Shown here: in pieces, positions 39,376 to 49,972 of the stretch
Layout: the number at the start of each line of letters is the position of its first letter
Position numbering within the stretch: the first letter of the stretch is position 1
Assembly (NCBI RefSeq): GCF_040273735.1
Contig: NZ_JBELZM010000001.1
Coordinates: 56,070-120,069, forward strand
DNA length: 64,000 nucleotides
Source: Solibacillus sp.
GTDB lineage: Bacteria > Bacillota > Bacilli > Bacillales_A > Planococcaceae
Direction of reading: 5' to 3'
Made by a program: the position numbers and the translations under genes
Notes under the pieces: generated by a model
Databases searched by the model: none
What the model was told of the DNA's origin: nothing
The model's input: only the letters and a program-made list of their open reading frames with translations

Positions 39376-40724
39376 TGGAATATGAAGGATTACAAGCTAA
39401 AAAAGTACTCGTTTTAGGATTGGCGAAAAGTGGTGTTGCGGCTGCTGAACTTTTGCATCGGTTAGGTGCATTTGTAACAGTCAATGATGCAAAGCCATTT
39501 GATGCAAATCCTGAAGCGCAGGAGCTTTTATCAAAAGGAATTACCGTAATTTGTGGACGACACCCAGAAGATTTGCTTGATGAAGGTTTTGAGCTTGTCG
39601 TAAAAAACCCCGGGATTCCATACACAAATCCGATCGTTGCCGATGCGATAATAAAAGGTCTACCTGTTATTACAGAAATGGAACTTGCCTATTTAGTAAG
39701 TGAAGCCCCATTTATCGGTATTACCGGTTCGAATGGTAAAACAACAACAACAACTTTACTATACGAAATGCTAAAAGTAGGCAGTTTAAAACCATTAATC
39801 GCCGGGAATATTGGAACCGTTGCTTGTGGTGTTGCAGCAGAAGCAAAAGCAGATGAGGTCATCGTTACTGAGTTATCATCGTTTCAGTTAATGGGGACAC
39901 GTGAATTCAGACCGCATATTGCAATTTTGACAAATCTGTATGAAGCCCATTTAGATTACCATGGGACATTTGAAGAATATGCTGAAGCTAAATTTGGGGT
40001 CACACGCAACCAAACAGCTGAAGATTATTTTATTTATAATGCCGATCAGGAAGTTGTGGCGAAATATGCTCAAAAATCAAATGCCCAACTCATTCCATTT
40101 ACGACAAAAGGTCATGCAAAACAAGGAATTAGTGCAGATAAAGAAAACATTTATTGGCAAGGCGATGCGATCTTAAAACGTGATAATATTGTATTGCCAG
40201 GCGAGCATAATTTAGAAAATATTTTATGTGCTGTAGCAGCAGCCCTACTGCAGCAATGTCCTGTTGAAGCGATTGAAGAAGTTTTATCAACATTTGCAGG
40301 GGTACGTCACCGTACGCAGTTTGTCCGTGAATGGCAAGGACGTAAAATTTACAATGATTCAAAAGCAACAAATGTACTGGCAACGAAAAGTGCCTTGGCT
40401 GCATTTGAGCAACCGATTGTATTATTGGCCGGCGGATTAGATCGCGGGCATTCATTTGAAGAGCTTCGTAAAGAAATGACACGTGTAAAGGCAGTTGTCG
40501 CGTTCGGTGAGACTGCACTTCGCTTTATCGAATTTGCAAAATCATGTGGCATTACGAATATTGTGCGTGCAATTGATGTAGAAGATGCAGTCGGATACGG
40601 AGCAAAAATGTCTGAAGAAGGTGACATCATTTTACTGTCACCGGCATGTGCAAGCTGGGATCAACATGCGAGCTTTGAAATTCGGGGCGACTTATTTATT
40701 GATCGTGTTATGAAACTTTCATAA
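39372..40724 (+). CDS. murD: UDP-N-acetylmuramoylalanine--D-glutamate ligase
   Basis: VLGLAKSG Rossmann motif and GSNGKTTT P-loop. The ATG at 39372 overlaps the mraY stop and follows GGAGG. The earlier track start is an out-of-context extension. Confidence 0.95.
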   Translation: MMEYEGLQAKKVLVLGLAKSGVAAAELLHRLGAFVTVNDAKPFDANPEAQELLSKGITVICGRHPEDLLDEGFELVVKNPGIPYTNPIVADAIIKGLPVITEMELAYLVSEAPFIGITGSNGKTTTTTLLYEMLKVGSLKPLIAGNIGTVACGVAAEAKADEVIVTELSSFQLMGTREFRPHIAILTNLYEAHLDYHGTFEEYAEAKFGVTRNQTAEDYFIYNADQEVVAKYAQKSNAQLIPFTTKGHAKQGISADKENIYWQGDAILKRDNIVLPGEHNLENILCAVAAALLQQCPVEAIEEVLSTFAGVRHRTQFVREWQGRKIYNDSKATNVLATKSALAAFEQPIVLLAGGLDRGHSFEELRKEMTRVKAVVAFGETALRFIEFAKSCGITNIVRAIDVEDAVGYGAKMSEEGDIILLSPACASWDQHASFEIRGDLFIDRVMKLS

Positions 40725-40766
40725 GAAAGGATAGTTACACTGTCGCAAAAAAATCAACAGTATTTT

Positions 40767-41825
40767 ATGATCAGTGCGATTGTATTGTCGCTTATTGGCA
40801 TACTCTTTATTTTTTCAGCAGGTACATATTGGGGGAATGTTCACTATGATGGACAAACCCCGTTTTACCTGAAGCAGTCAATCTATTTCATCGTTGCACT
40901 TATCATTTGTGCAGCCATTATGAACTGGGAGTTTTTACAGCAACCGAAAGTGTGGAAGATTTTTTATATCATCTCGCTTGGCTTACTTGTTGCTGTTCTT
41001 ATCCCGGGTATCGGGATTGTCCGAAATGGTTCGCAAAGTTGGATTGGAATCGGTCCTTTAACGATACAACCGGCTGAAATTGCGAAAGTAACGACAATTA
41101 TTTATATTAGTGCCTTATTAACACAGCGGAAATCGTATGAGCGCATTGTTCAAGTGAAGCATTTTCTCATATTGATTCTTCCGGCAGCCTTAATTATGCT
41201 TCAGCCTGATTTCGGTGCTGTCTTTATATTAGTTGTAGTTGTTTTAATTATATTTTTTATTGCACAATATCCGTTGCGCTTATATGTTGTCCTCATCACT
41301 TTAGGTATAGGAGGCCTTGCCGGGTTAATTATCGCGGCTCCATATCGTCTTAAACGGATCGAAGCGTTTATCAACCCTTGGGCAGACCCGTTAGGAAGCG
41401 GCTTCCAAGCTGTACAATCTTTATTTGCGATAGGTCCGGCAGGCTTGTTTGGACATGGATTATTAAAAAGTAGACAAAAGTATTTATACTTACCGGAACC
41501 GCAGAACGATTTTATTTTTGCGATTATTTTAGAAGAAATCGGACTTGTCGGTGGAATGGGACTGCTGCTTATTTTTGCGTGCTTTTTAATTCTAGGATAT
41601 CGCTTGGCATTACAATGTAAGCATGTATTTCATTTTTATGCGATATGCGGACTTACAACGATGATTGCTGTACAGGCAGCGCTGAACATAGGGGTAGTTA
41701 TTAACTTATTGCCTGTAACCGGTGTAACACTGCCATTTATAAGCTATGGCGGAACATCGCTCGTTGTTGTCTGGGTAACCGTAGCGCTTATTTTAAATTT
41801 TTCATATGAAAGAAGGAAGGAGTAG
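40767..41825 (+). CDS. spoVE: SEDS protein SpoVE/FtsW paralogue (true start may be a non-ATG codon near 40740)
   Basis: FtsW/RodA/SpoVE signatures (PEPQNDFIF, LPFISYGGTS), in the position after murD. Confidence 0.85.
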   Translation: MISAIVLSLIGILFIFSAGTYWGNVHYDGQTPFYLKQSIYFIVALIICAAIMNWEFLQQPKVWKIFYIISLGLLVAVLIPGIGIVRNGSQSWIGIGPLTIQPAEIAKVTTIIYISALLTQRKSYERIVQVKHFLILILPAALIMLQPDFGAVFILVVVVLIIFFIAQYPLRLYVVLITLGIGGLAGLIIAAPYRLKRIEAFINPWADPLGSGFQAVQSLFAIGPAGLFGHGLLKSRQKYLYLPEPQNDFIFAIILEEIGLVGGMGLLLIFACFLILGYRLALQCKHVFHFYAICGLTTMIAVQAALNIGVVINLLPVTGVTLPFISYGGTSLVVVWVTVALILNFSYERRKE

Positions 41826-41830
41826 GGATA

Positions 41831-42697
41831 ATGGAAAAAGTAATCGATATTACAGAACGAGTACCAGCTATGAAAAAACGCAGAAGACGCCGTACAAATT
41901 TTAAATTTTTAGGACTAGTGACGATTTTTCTTTTTATCATTATCATCCTTCTTTATTTTCAATTACCTTATAGTGATATAAAAAAAATTGATATTAAAGG
42001 GGCAGCTCTTAAGGAAGATACGTACTATATCGAACAGTCAAATTTAAAAATTGATGATTCGTTATGGGGCTTTAAAATTTCGGAAGTGGAGCAGGCAATT
42101 GCTCAGCATGAATGGGTAAAATCCGTAAATGTCGAAAGGAAATTCCTGAATGAAGTTCAAATTACAATTGAGGAATGGCAAAAAGTAGCCTATATCTCAC
42201 AAGACGGGGAGTTTTACCCTATGCTTGATAATGGCATTGTCTTTGAAGAACCCAATGAAATTGTTCCTATCGATGCACCGATTTTCCGGGATTTCGAAAA
42301 TGAGGCTCTTCGAAAAAAGCTGTTAAAGGAACTTGCAAATCTAAAACCGGAAGTACTGTCGCTCATTTCACAAATTAATGCAAATCCCACAGAGGCGGAC
42401 CCGTATTCAATTACGCTTTTCATGAATGATGGCTATGAAGTACGCGCAGATGCGAATACTTTAGCAGAAAAGTTAAATTACTATCCATCGATTATTGCGC
42501 AAATTGAAAGCGAGGACGTCTCTGAAAAAGGGATTGTAGATATTGAGGTTGGTTCATATTACCGACCTTTTTCAGGAGAATATTCATTAATAAAAGAAGA
42601 CACTGAAAAAACTGAAGAAACTACAGATGAAACAGAAAATGCGGAAACGGATGAAGGGGGGCAACTGGAAGAACAAAATGAAGAAGAGCCAGAATGA
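41831..42697 (+). CDS. divIB: Cell division protein DivIB (FtsQ family) with an acidic C-terminal tail
   Basis: Basic N-terminus, one TM segment and a POTRA-like segment, in the position before ylxW/ftsA. Confidence 0.85.
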   Translation: MEKVIDITERVPAMKKRRRRRTNFKFLGLVTIFLFIIIILLYFQLPYSDIKKIDIKGAALKEDTYYIEQSNLKIDDSLWGFKISEVEQAIAQHEWVKSVNVERKFLNEVQITIEEWQKVAYISQDGEFYPMLDNGIVFEEPNEIVPIDAPIFRDFENEALRKKLLKELANLKPEVLSLISQINANPTEADPYSITLFMNDGYEVRADANTLAEKLNYYPSIIAQIESEDVSEKGIVDIEVGSYYRPFSGEYSLIKEDTEKTEETTDETENAETDEGGQLEEQNEEEPE

Positions 42698-43418
42698 TAA
42701 CAGCAGGCAGCCGAAGAAAAAATCTGCATTTTTTTCAAAAAAGTATGGCGCTATACTAATTGTATGCGTGATTACAGGATTTATTATCGGTTTTTCCTAT
42801 AATTTATCGAAGGACAAGCGTACATTAAGTTCTGCCTCTCCCCAGTTTGAGCAGGAAAATCAGTACATGGAAGATTTGATTGAAAAACAGGAAAGAAACA
42901 AAGAGCTTGCAGGTGAGTTGGCCCAATTAGAGGAGAAAATTCGAACATATGAAAAGCAGTTTTCTTCGAACGAAACGCAATATGAACAGAATCGGCAGGA
43001 TGCTGAGCAATTGCGACTGTTATTAGGACTAACAGATGGAATGGGACAAGGGATCAAAATAACACTGCAAGACGGTGATTATAATCCAGATACTACCAAC
43101 CCCAATGAGTATATTGTGCACGAAAGTCACATATTTAAAGTATTAAATGAATTAAAAATTGCAGGTGCCGAGGCAATTTCGATTAACGGACAACGTTTGA
43201 AACCGAATTCTTACATTGCCTGCAATGGTCCAGTCATAACAATTGATGGACAACAGTACCCCGCACCATTTGTAATTGAGGCAGTTGGTAATCAGGATGT
43301 ACTTATTTCTTCGTTAGAATTGGCAGGGGGAGTATTTGACCAATTATTAAATGAACAAATTGTCGTTACTTTGGAAACAGACGACCTAATAGAAATGCAA
43401 ACAGTCAGCGATGAATAA
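42678..43418 (+). CDS. ylxW: DUF881 protein YlxW
   Basis: YIVHESHIF..LNEL..AGAEAISINGQR...CNGPVITIDG..YPAPFVI.A.G motif, as in B. subtilis YlxW. The start is uncertain within 42627-42678. Confidence 0.8.
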   Translation: MKKSQNDNSRQPKKKSAFFSKKYGAILIVCVITGFIIGFSYNLSKDKRTLSSASPQFEQENQYMEDLIEKQERNKELAGELAQLEEKIRTYEKQFSSNETQYEQNRQDAEQLRLLLGLTDGMGQGIKITLQDGDYNPDTTNPNEYIVHESHIFKVLNELKIAGAEAISINGQRLKPNSYIACNGPVITIDGQQYPAPFVIEAVGNQDVLISSLELAGGVFDQLLNEQIVVTLETDDLIEMQTVSDE

Positions 43419-43438
43419 GGCATAAAATCGGAGGGAAG

Positions 43439-44149
43439 ATGATGACGAAAAAAATGTACCGTAATATTACAATGATCTCGTTCATCATCGGCTTTATGCT
43501 TGCAGTTCAATACAACACTGTTCAAAATCCGACCGAACGAACTACAGTTGATATTTGGGAAATTCGTCAGCAATTATTTGTGGAACAGGAGCGGCATTCC
43601 GAACTGCTGACCGCCATAAGCGAACTAACCGAAACAGTAAATAAATATGAGGATGCAGAGTTTGATAATCCGGAAATACTATTGCAGCAAACTGTTGATC
43701 AACTCAAAGAACGTGCAGGAATTTTGCCGGTTGAAGGACCGGGGTTAACGTTATCAGTTGGCCCTTCACCTGAATTAATGGACTTAGGCTATGAAATAAA
43801 GCCTGTATCGCCTGAACTGTTAATTCGCCTTATAAATGATTTAAATCGCTATAATGCACGGGCAATTGAAGTGGATGGCAAACGTTTAAGCTACAATTCG
43901 GCCATTCGCGATATTAATGGGAAAACGACGATCAATAGTGAGCCGATTCAAAATATGGATATTGAAATAAACATCATTACACTTACGTATGAGCAAGCCG
44001 AGAAAATGAAAAATCATTTGCTGGCTTCTACGTTTCAGGATGAGTTTTATATTGATAATCTAGTATTGTCGATTCATGATTCAGAGCAGAATATACAAAT
44101 TGATTCAGTTGCGCCTGTACAAAGAATTAAGTATTTATCAGAAAAGTAG
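43439..44149 (+). CDS. ylxX: DUF881 protein YlxX
   Basis: Paralogue of the preceding gene, with GGAGGG upstream. Confidence 0.8.
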   Translation: MMTKKMYRNITMISFIIGFMLAVQYNTVQNPTERTTVDIWEIRQQLFVEQERHSELLTAISELTETVNKYEDAEFDNPEILLQQTVDQLKERAGILPVEGPGLTLSVGPSPELMDLGYEIKPVSPELLIRLINDLNRYNARAIEVDGKRLSYNSAIRDINGKTTINSEPIQNMDIEINIITLTYEQAEKMKNHLLASTFQDEFYIDNLVLSIHDSEQNIQIDSVAPVQRIKYLSEK

Positions 44150-44163
44150 AAGGGGATGCGAAT

Positions 44164-44529
44164 ATGTGGTTACCACTTTTAGGTCTTATATTAGGTGTGG
44201 TATTAGGGATTTTAACAGATATTCAAATTCCATCTGTTTATGAAAACTATTTATCCATTGCTGTACTGGCGGCTCTCGATACAATGGTCGGCGGTATCCG
44301 TGCATTATTGCAGCAAGTTTACGATGACAAAGTATTTATTTCCGGGTTTTTCTTTAATATAATTTTAGCAGCAGGATTGGCTTTTCTCGGTGTTCATATA
44401 GGTGTCGATCTTTATTTAGCCGCTATTTTTGCATTCGGAGTTCGACTATTTCAGAATATCGCAGTCATTCGTCGGTTATTATTGACAAAATATGAGAACA
44501 GAAGATTGAAAAAGGAGGAAAACTCTTAA
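44164..44529 (+). CDS. sbp: Small basic protein Sbp (DUF1290)
   Basis: 121-aa membrane protein directly upstream of ftsA. Confidence 0.8.
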   Translation: MWLPLLGLILGVVLGILTDIQIPSVYENYLSIAVLAALDTMVGGIRALLQQVYDDKVFISGFFFNIILAAGLAFLGVHIGVDLYLAAIFAFGVRLFQNIAVIRRLLLTKYENRRLKKEENS

Positions 44530-44631
44530 CAATCACGTTAAAATATCATTACAATTTATCGTTTTACTTAGACAATCAACGAAATTTACAATAGAATGAA
44601 CTATAGGAGTAATCGAAGGAGGTGCAGAAAG

Positions 44632-45927
44632 TTGAATCATCAAGAAATTTATGTTTCTCTCGATATTGGATCATCTTCAATAAAGGTCCTAATCGGAGAA
44701 ATGAACGGTGATCAATTGCACGTAATTGGTGTAGGTCATGTGAAATCAACAGGGATAAGAAAAGGTGCAATAGTTGATATAGATGCAACTGTACAGTCCA
44801 TTAAAAAAGCTGTAGATCAAGCAGAGCGAATGACTGGTATTAATATAGAAGAAGTGGTGCTTGGAGTTCCTGCAAACCAGACAGTTTTACAGCCTGTTAA
44901 AGGGGTTGTAGCGGTAAACGGTGAAGACCGGGAAATCACGGACGATGATTTAGCTAGAGTAATAGACTCTGCACAGGTTATGTCGATTCCACCAGAGCGA
45001 GAGTTAGTAAATTTGATTCCGAAACAATTTATCGTAGACAACCTAGATGAGATTAAAGACCCGCGTGGTATGATTGGCATTCGTTTAGAGATGGATGCGA
45101 CAATGATTACGACATCCAAGACGCTTGTACATAATGTTTTAAGATGTGTAGAACGTGCAGGCTTGCAAATTCGCGAAATTTATCTACAACCATTAGCAGC
45201 AGGAAATTTTGCGCTGACGGAAGATGAGAAAAATCAAGGAACTGCTTATATCGACTTAGGCGGCGGATCTACAACTGTTGCGGTATTCCAAGACGGACTG
45301 CTGACAAATACAGCTGTTATCGCGGTAGGCGGAGATCATATTACGAAAGATTTATCGATTGTATTAAAAACACCGACAGAACAAGCCGAAAAAATCAAAA
45401 AGCAGTATGGACATGCCTTTTACGATGATGCTTCCGATGAACAAACGTTTGATGTTCCTGTTGTTGGTACTGATACAACGGATCAATACAGTCAACGTTT
45501 CATCTCAGAAATTATCGGAGTACGTTTAGAAGAGTTATTTGAATTAGTATTGGATGAATTAGCACGTATGGGGGTACAGGATTTACCGGGTGGTGTTGTC
45601 ATTTCTGGCGGGGTAGCACAGCTTGAAGGAATTGCTCAGCTGGCGAGACAAGTAATGTTAACGCGTGTTCGCATTTATACACCTGATTACATCGGTGTAC
45701 GTGAACCGGCCTTTACAACGTCAGTAGGTTTAATTCGTTATGCACATGCAGAAGACGAATTTTACGGAAGAAGCGAGCCGGTACCAGCTTCTTCATATGC
45801 AGCACCTTATCCTACTCAACCAACTCCTTCTAAAAAACAATCAAATGTGCCGGAGAGAGTAGATAGCGCAAATAAAGTAAGTGTGATTGATCGCGCGAAA
45901 AACTTATTAAACAAATTTTTCGATTAA
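44632..45927 (+). CDS. ftsA: Cell division protein FtsA
   Basis: A TTG at 44632 lies 7 nt after GGAGGTG. The N-terminus reads LNHQEIYVSLDIGSSSIKVLIGE and the protein has the actin-like ATPase fold. Confidence 0.95.
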   Translation: MNHQEIYVSLDIGSSSIKVLIGEMNGDQLHVIGVGHVKSTGIRKGAIVDIDATVQSIKKAVDQAERMTGINIEEVVLGVPANQTVLQPVKGVVAVNGEDREITDDDLARVIDSAQVMSIPPERELVNLIPKQFIVDNLDEIKDPRGMIGIRLEMDATMITTSKTLVHNVLRCVERAGLQIREIYLQPLAAGNFALTEDEKNQGTAYIDLGGGSTTVAVFQDGLLTNTAVIAVGGDHITKDLSIVLKTPTEQAEKIKKQYGHAFYDDASDEQTFDVPVVGTDTTDQYSQRFISEIIGVRLEELFELVLDELARMGVQDLPGGVVISGGVAQLEGIAQLARQVMLTRVRIYTPDYIGVREPAFTTSVGLIRYAHAEDEFYGRSEPVPASSYAAPYPTQPTPSKKQSNVPERVDSANKVSVIDRAKNLLNKFFD

Positions 45928-45967
45928 TACGAAAATGAATGACGTGAACAATTAGGAGGAGAAGAGT

Positions 45968-47131
45968 ATGTTAGAATTTGAAACGGATGTTGAACAATTA
46001 GCCGTTATTAAAGTAATCGGCGTTGGCGGAGGCGGTAACAATGCCGTAAACCGCATGATTGAACATGGTGTACAAGGTGTAGACTTTATCGCTGTAAATA
46101 CAGATGCGCAAGCTTTAAATCTGTCAAAAGCTGAATATAAACTACAAATTGGCGGTAAATTAACACGTGGACTAGGTGCCGGGGCAAACCCGGAAGTAGG
46201 AAAAAAAGCTGCTGAGGAAAGTCGCGAACAATTGGAAGAAGTATTACGTGGTGCCGATATGGTATTCGTAACTGCCGGTATGGGCGGTGGTACTGGTACG
46301 GGTGCAGCACCGGTAATCGCATCAATCGCACGTGATTTAGGTGCGTTGACAGTAGGTGTTGTAACACGTCCGTTTACATTTGAAGGCCGTAAACGACAAA
46401 CACAGGCAATCGGCGGTATTACTTCAATGAAAGAAGCGGTTGATACATTAATCGTAATTCCAAACGATAAGTTACTGCAAATTGTAGATAAATCAACACC
46501 GATGCTGGAAGCGTTCCGTGAAGCGGACAATGTATTACGTCAAGGTGTACAAGGTATTTCAGACTTAATCGCAACACCTGGTTTAATTAACCTGGACTTT
46601 GCCGATGTAAAAACAATTATGTCCGATAAAGGTTCGGCATTAATGGGTATCGGGATTGCTGCTGGTGAAAACCGTGCAGTAGAAGCTGCTAAAAAAGCAA
46701 TTTCTTCTCCATTACTTGAAACATCAATCGATGGAGCAAAAGGTGTCATTATGAATATTACAGGCGGAACGAACTTAAGTTTATTTGAAGTTCAGGAAGC
46801 TGCCGATATTGTGCAGCTCGCTTCAGATGAAGAAGTAAATATGATCTTCGGTTCTGTAATTAACGATAACCTAAACGATGAAATTATCGTAACGGTAATT
46901 GCAACAGGTTTCTCTGATGACTTTATTATCCAAAAGCCGCAGCCTGTGCGTCCGTCAATCGGTGCTCGTCAACAAGCTGCAACAAGCACAACTCAACCGC
47001 AACAACAGCAGCCTGTACGCCAGCAAGATCCGGTGCAGCAAGAAGCGCCACGTCATACACAACAAACAAACTATCAGCAGGACGATGCATTGGATATTCC
47101 GACATTTTTACGCAATCGTCGCAATCGCTAA
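45968..47131 (+). CDS. ftsZ: Cell division GTPase FtsZ
   Basis: [13 protein letters not shown] and [11 protein letters not shown] tubulin signatures, a Q/P-rich linker and the C-terminal DIPTFLRNR peptide. Confidence 0.98.
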   Translation: MLEFETDVEQLAVIKVIGVGGGGNNAVNRMIEHGVQGVDFIAVNTDAQALNLSKAEYKLQIGGKLTRGLGAGANPEVGKKAAEESREQLEEVLRGADMVFVTAGMGGGTGTGAAPVIASIARDLGALTVGVVTRPFTFEGRKRQTQAIGGITSMKEAVDTLIVIPNDKLLQIVDKSTPMLEAFREADNVLRQGVQGISDLIATPGLINLDFADVKTIMSDKGSALMGIGIAAGENRAVEAAKKAISSPLLETSIDGAKGVIMNITGGTNLSLFEVQEAADIVQLASDEEVNMIFGSVINDNLNDEIIVTVIATGFSDDFIIQKPQPVRPSIGARQQAATSTTQPQQQQPVRQQDPVQQEAPRHTQQTNYQQDDALDIPTFLRNRRNR

Positions 47132-47153
47132 TAATACAGACTTTCATAATATA

Positions 47154-47196
47154 AAAAACGATTATTTACATGTTTATGTGAATAATCGTTTTTTTA
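47154..47196 (+). terminator. Rho-independent terminator after ftsZ
   Basis: aacgattattcaca-type stem (aaacgattatttaca/tgtgaataatcgttt) followed by T7. Confidence 0.75.
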
Positions 47197-47329
47197 GTTT
47201 AAGAGATGTTATGAAAAGTAGCATCCTTTACATGTATTGGAAAGGAAAAGTAGATTAACACATGCCCTCACCACACTGAAACCTCACCTGTGCCCCTATG
47301 ATTCTTTAACTTTCCTGCTACCAACTTTT

Positions 47330-47425
47330 TGTCGATTGGATTTGAATGTCGTAACAATATGTCACACGATTCTTCCAAATTTATGCAACAGTTAGACAAA
47401 AAACTCTGGGGGGGTTTGATAATCT
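47330..47425 (+). promoter_or_regulatory. Putative spoIIG promoter region with Spo0A-box-like motifs
   Basis: TGTCGAT (47330), TGTCGTA (47347) and TGTCACA (47360) compare with the 0A-box consensus TGTCGAA. A TTAGACA -35-like element and a TGATAATCT -10-like element are about 21-22 nt apart. Confidence 0.4.
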
Positions 47426-47445
47426 TATTTACAGGAGGACAATAC

Positions 47446-48267
47446 ATGTATGCAGAGTGGATTCTTTTAATGAATTTTTTAATGAATCTCGTACTACTAA
47501 AATTTACCGCAACAATAACATATACCATCATTCCAATTTGGAGATTACTATTAGGGGCCTTTTGTAGTGCGCTGATCGCTGTGTTATTTATGGGAAACAT
47601 ATTCATGTTGCTTGTAAGTTTCATCGTACTATTAGGCATTGCCTTTTCATTTAAATGGAAAATATTTTACGAGCAAGGGAAGTGGATTGTTGTCGCTACT
47701 TTGCTCGCAGGTGGATTAATAACAGCATTACAACCATTTTTGCTTGCATCTCCGTTTTTCGTTTATATTTTTTTATGTTTCGGCATAGTATGTATTAGTT
47801 TGACAGTGATGAAACAAGGCTGGTTTCAAAAACTGCAGAATGTTGCACAAAGTCGGTATGTAACGACAAGCAAAGTAGAACTGTTCGAACAACAAATGGA
47901 GCTCGTAACATATATCGATACCGGGAATGAATGCACTGAACCTTTAAGTCAGGCACCGGTCCATTTTATTTCGTTTAAATCAGTTCAATCGATGTTACCA
48001 GATGAATTTAGTGAATGCCTGCTCAAATGGAATGAGCAGGAGCCTTACTCACTGACAATGTTTTCAAAGGAAATACAGAAAAGAATACGTATTGTTCCTA
48101 TTACAACGGTTCAAAAAGGCACGTTACTCGTACCGGCCTTTCGTGCCACAATTGTCATTCAGAACAAGACGTATCCAAATCACTATGTTGTATTTACGAA
48201 AAATGATGCGCGCTTTCCGCAAAATGCACAAATGATTGCACATGTGTTTGTCCTAACGAATTCATAA
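47446..48267 (+). CDS. spoIIGA: Sigma-E processing aspartic peptidase SpoIIGA
   Basis: The ATG lies 7 nt after AGGAGG. The N-terminal half is polytopic and the conserved DTGN motif ([11 protein letters not shown]) is present. Sits directly upstream of sigE. Confidence 0.85.
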   Translation: MYAEWILLMNFLMNLVLLKFTATITYTIIPIWRLLLGAFCSALIAVLFMGNIFMLLVSFIVLLGIAFSFKWKIFYEQGKWIVVATLLAGGLITALQPFLLASPFFVYIFLCFGIVCISLTVMKQGWFQKLQNVAQSRYVTTSKVELFEQQMELVTYIDTGNECTEPLSQAPVHFISFKSVQSMLPDEFSECLLKWNEQEPYSLTMFSKEIQKRIRIVPITTVQKGTLLVPAFRATIVIQNKTYPNHYVVFTKNDARFPQNAQMIAHVFVLTNS

Positions 48268-48280
48268 GGGAGGATCGATA

Positions 48281-48991
48281 TTGCTTAAAAAAATTCAATC
48301 GATAATTTTAAACATACTAAGCTACTTTAGAAGAAAAAAAGGGACATACTATATAGGGGGACATGATTCATTGCCTATTCCATTAACTAGAGAAGAAGAA
48401 GTTGTCGTAGTCGAAGCATTTATGAATGGTGACTTGCATGCCAGAGATATGTTAATTGAAAGAAATTTACGTTTAGTCGTTTATATTGCAAGACGTTTTG
48501 ATAATACAAGCACACCGATTGAGGATTTAATCAGCATCGGTTCCATTGGCCTTATTAAAGCGATTGAAACTTTTAATTTGGATAAAAACATTAAATTAGC
48601 GACATATGCATCTCGCTGTATCGAAAATGAAATATTGATGCATTTACGAAAGACGAGCCGCATGAAAGGCGAAGTTTCCTTTGATGAACCGTTAAATGCG
48701 GATGCAGACGGCAATGAACTATTACTTTCAGACATATTAGGGACAGAAGAACATATTATAACACTTGACGTAGAACGTAAGATTGAGCGTCAGCATATGT
48801 TTAATGCCATTAATCAGCTGACACCTCGTGAAAAATATATTATGGAATGTCGTTTTGGCCTAAACGGAAAAGAAGAAATGACACAAAAGGAAGTAGCGGA
48901 CCATTTAGGTATTTCACAATCTTATATTTCTAGATTGGAGAAAAAAATTATAATGGATTTACGTGAATTCTTGAACGAACCAATTGCATAA
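48281..48991 (+). CDS. sigE: Pro-sigma-E (sporulation mother-cell sigma factor)
   Basis: YYIGG..LP.PL pro-sequence junction and [14 protein letters not shown]..., closely matching remembered B. subtilis SigE. Confidence 0.95.
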   Translation: MLKKIQSIILNILSYFRRKKGTYYIGGHDSLPIPLTREEEVVVVEAFMNGDLHARDMLIERNLRLVVYIARRFDNTSTPIEDLISIGSIGLIKAIETFNLDKNIKLATYASRCIENEILMHLRKTSRMKGEVSFDEPLNADADGNELLLSDILGTEEHIITLDVERKIERQHMFNAINQLTPREKYIMECRFGLNGKEEMTQKEVADHLGISQSYISRLEKKIIMDLREFLNEPIA

Positions 48992-49009
48992 GATGGTTAA
49001 ATTTGGCGT

Positions 49010-49037
49010 GCATAGCGATGACCATTTCGGACAAAAT
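49010..49037 (+). promoter_or_regulatory. Candidate forespore (sigma-F/G class) promoter for sigG
   Basis: GCATA-N14-GGACAAAAT resembles the remembered sigma-F/G promoter class and lies 45 nt upstream of the sigG ATG. Confidence 0.4.
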
Positions 49038-49081
49038 GATTGCAAAGACAAAAGACAATCAAGTTCGGAAGGTGAAGTTGG

Positions 49082-49852
49082 ATGCGTACAAAAGTGGAAT
49101 TATGTGGTGTGGATACATCTACATTACCAGTACTGAAGCCAGATGAAATGAAAGATTTATTTATACGATTACAGCAAGGAGAATTGATTGTTCGTGAGCA
49201 GCTAGTTTTCTGCAATTTACGCTTAGTGCTCAGTATTGTCGGCCGTTATGCATATCGTGGCGAACAGGCAGATGATCTATTCCAAGTAGGATGTATTGGT
49301 TTATTAAAAGCGATTGATAATTTTGATTTAAAGCATAATGTTCGATTTTCGACATATGCTGTACCGATGATTATGGGAGAAATCCGCCGACACCTGCGCG
49401 ATCATCATGCACTGCGTGTGTCTCGTTCATTGCGCGATATCGCGTATAAAGCGATGAAAGCAAAGGAACAATTTATTGCGGAACATTTAACAGAACCCAC
49501 AATCGAGCAATTGGCACAGGCAATTGAGATGAAAAAAGAAGATGTATTGTTTGCTCTTGATGCAATTCAAGACCCGATGTCACTGCAGGAACCGATTTAT
49601 TCTGATGGTGGCGATGCAATTTTTATGATTGACCAAATTAAAGATAAAGTGACAGAAGAGCATTGGGTCGGCTCGATTTCACTTCAGGAAAGTATGAAAA
49701 AGCTAAATAGCAGACAAAAAATGATTATAGAAAAGCGCTTTTTCCTAGGAGAAACTCAAACGGAAATCGCACAATCTCTTGGTATTTCACAAGCGCAAAT
49801 ATCAAGATTGGAAAAGAGTGCGGTAGAATTGATGAAGCGGGATTTCCGTTAA
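49082..49852 (+). CDS. sigG: Sporulation forespore sigma factor SigG
   Basis: N-terminus KVELCGVDTSTLPVLK... plus regions 2-4 of a sigma-70 family protein. Follows sigE. Confidence 0.95.
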   Translation: MRTKVELCGVDTSTLPVLKPDEMKDLFIRLQQGELIVREQLVFCNLRLVLSIVGRYAYRGEQADDLFQVGCIGLLKAIDNFDLKHNVRFSTYAVPMIMGEIRRHLRDHHALRVSRSLRDIAYKAMKAKEQFIAEHLTEPTIEQLAQAIEMKKEDVLFALDAIQDPMSLQEPIYSDGGDAIFMIDQIKDKVTEEHWVGSISLQESMKKLNSRQKMIIEKRFFLGETQTEIAQSLGISQAQISRLEKSAVELMKRDFR

Positions 49853-49972
49853 ATAGATAGAAATTCTGAGGGACTGTCCAAACGTAGGGCTGTCCCTTTC
49901 ATCATAATTTCACGATGTTTGAATATTTATAATGAGGTAAAATTAATAAAATGATACAGAGAGGATGGAGGA

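Noticed and set aside
45952-46530. 192-aa ORF on the minus strand
   Set aside because: It lies entirely antisense to the highly conserved ftsZ N-terminal domain and its translation is low-complexity and Ser/Pro/Ala-rich. It is a typical shadow ORF.
46899-47258. 119-aa ORF on the plus strand overlapping the ftsZ 3' end and its terminator
   Set aside because: It is an alternative frame of the Q-rich ftsZ linker and runs through the ftsZ terminator hairpin.
49868-49900. Possible terminator after sigG
   Set aside because: The stem is imperfect (GGGAC/GTCCC with a large loop) and the T tract is weak, which is not convincing enough to list as a feature.
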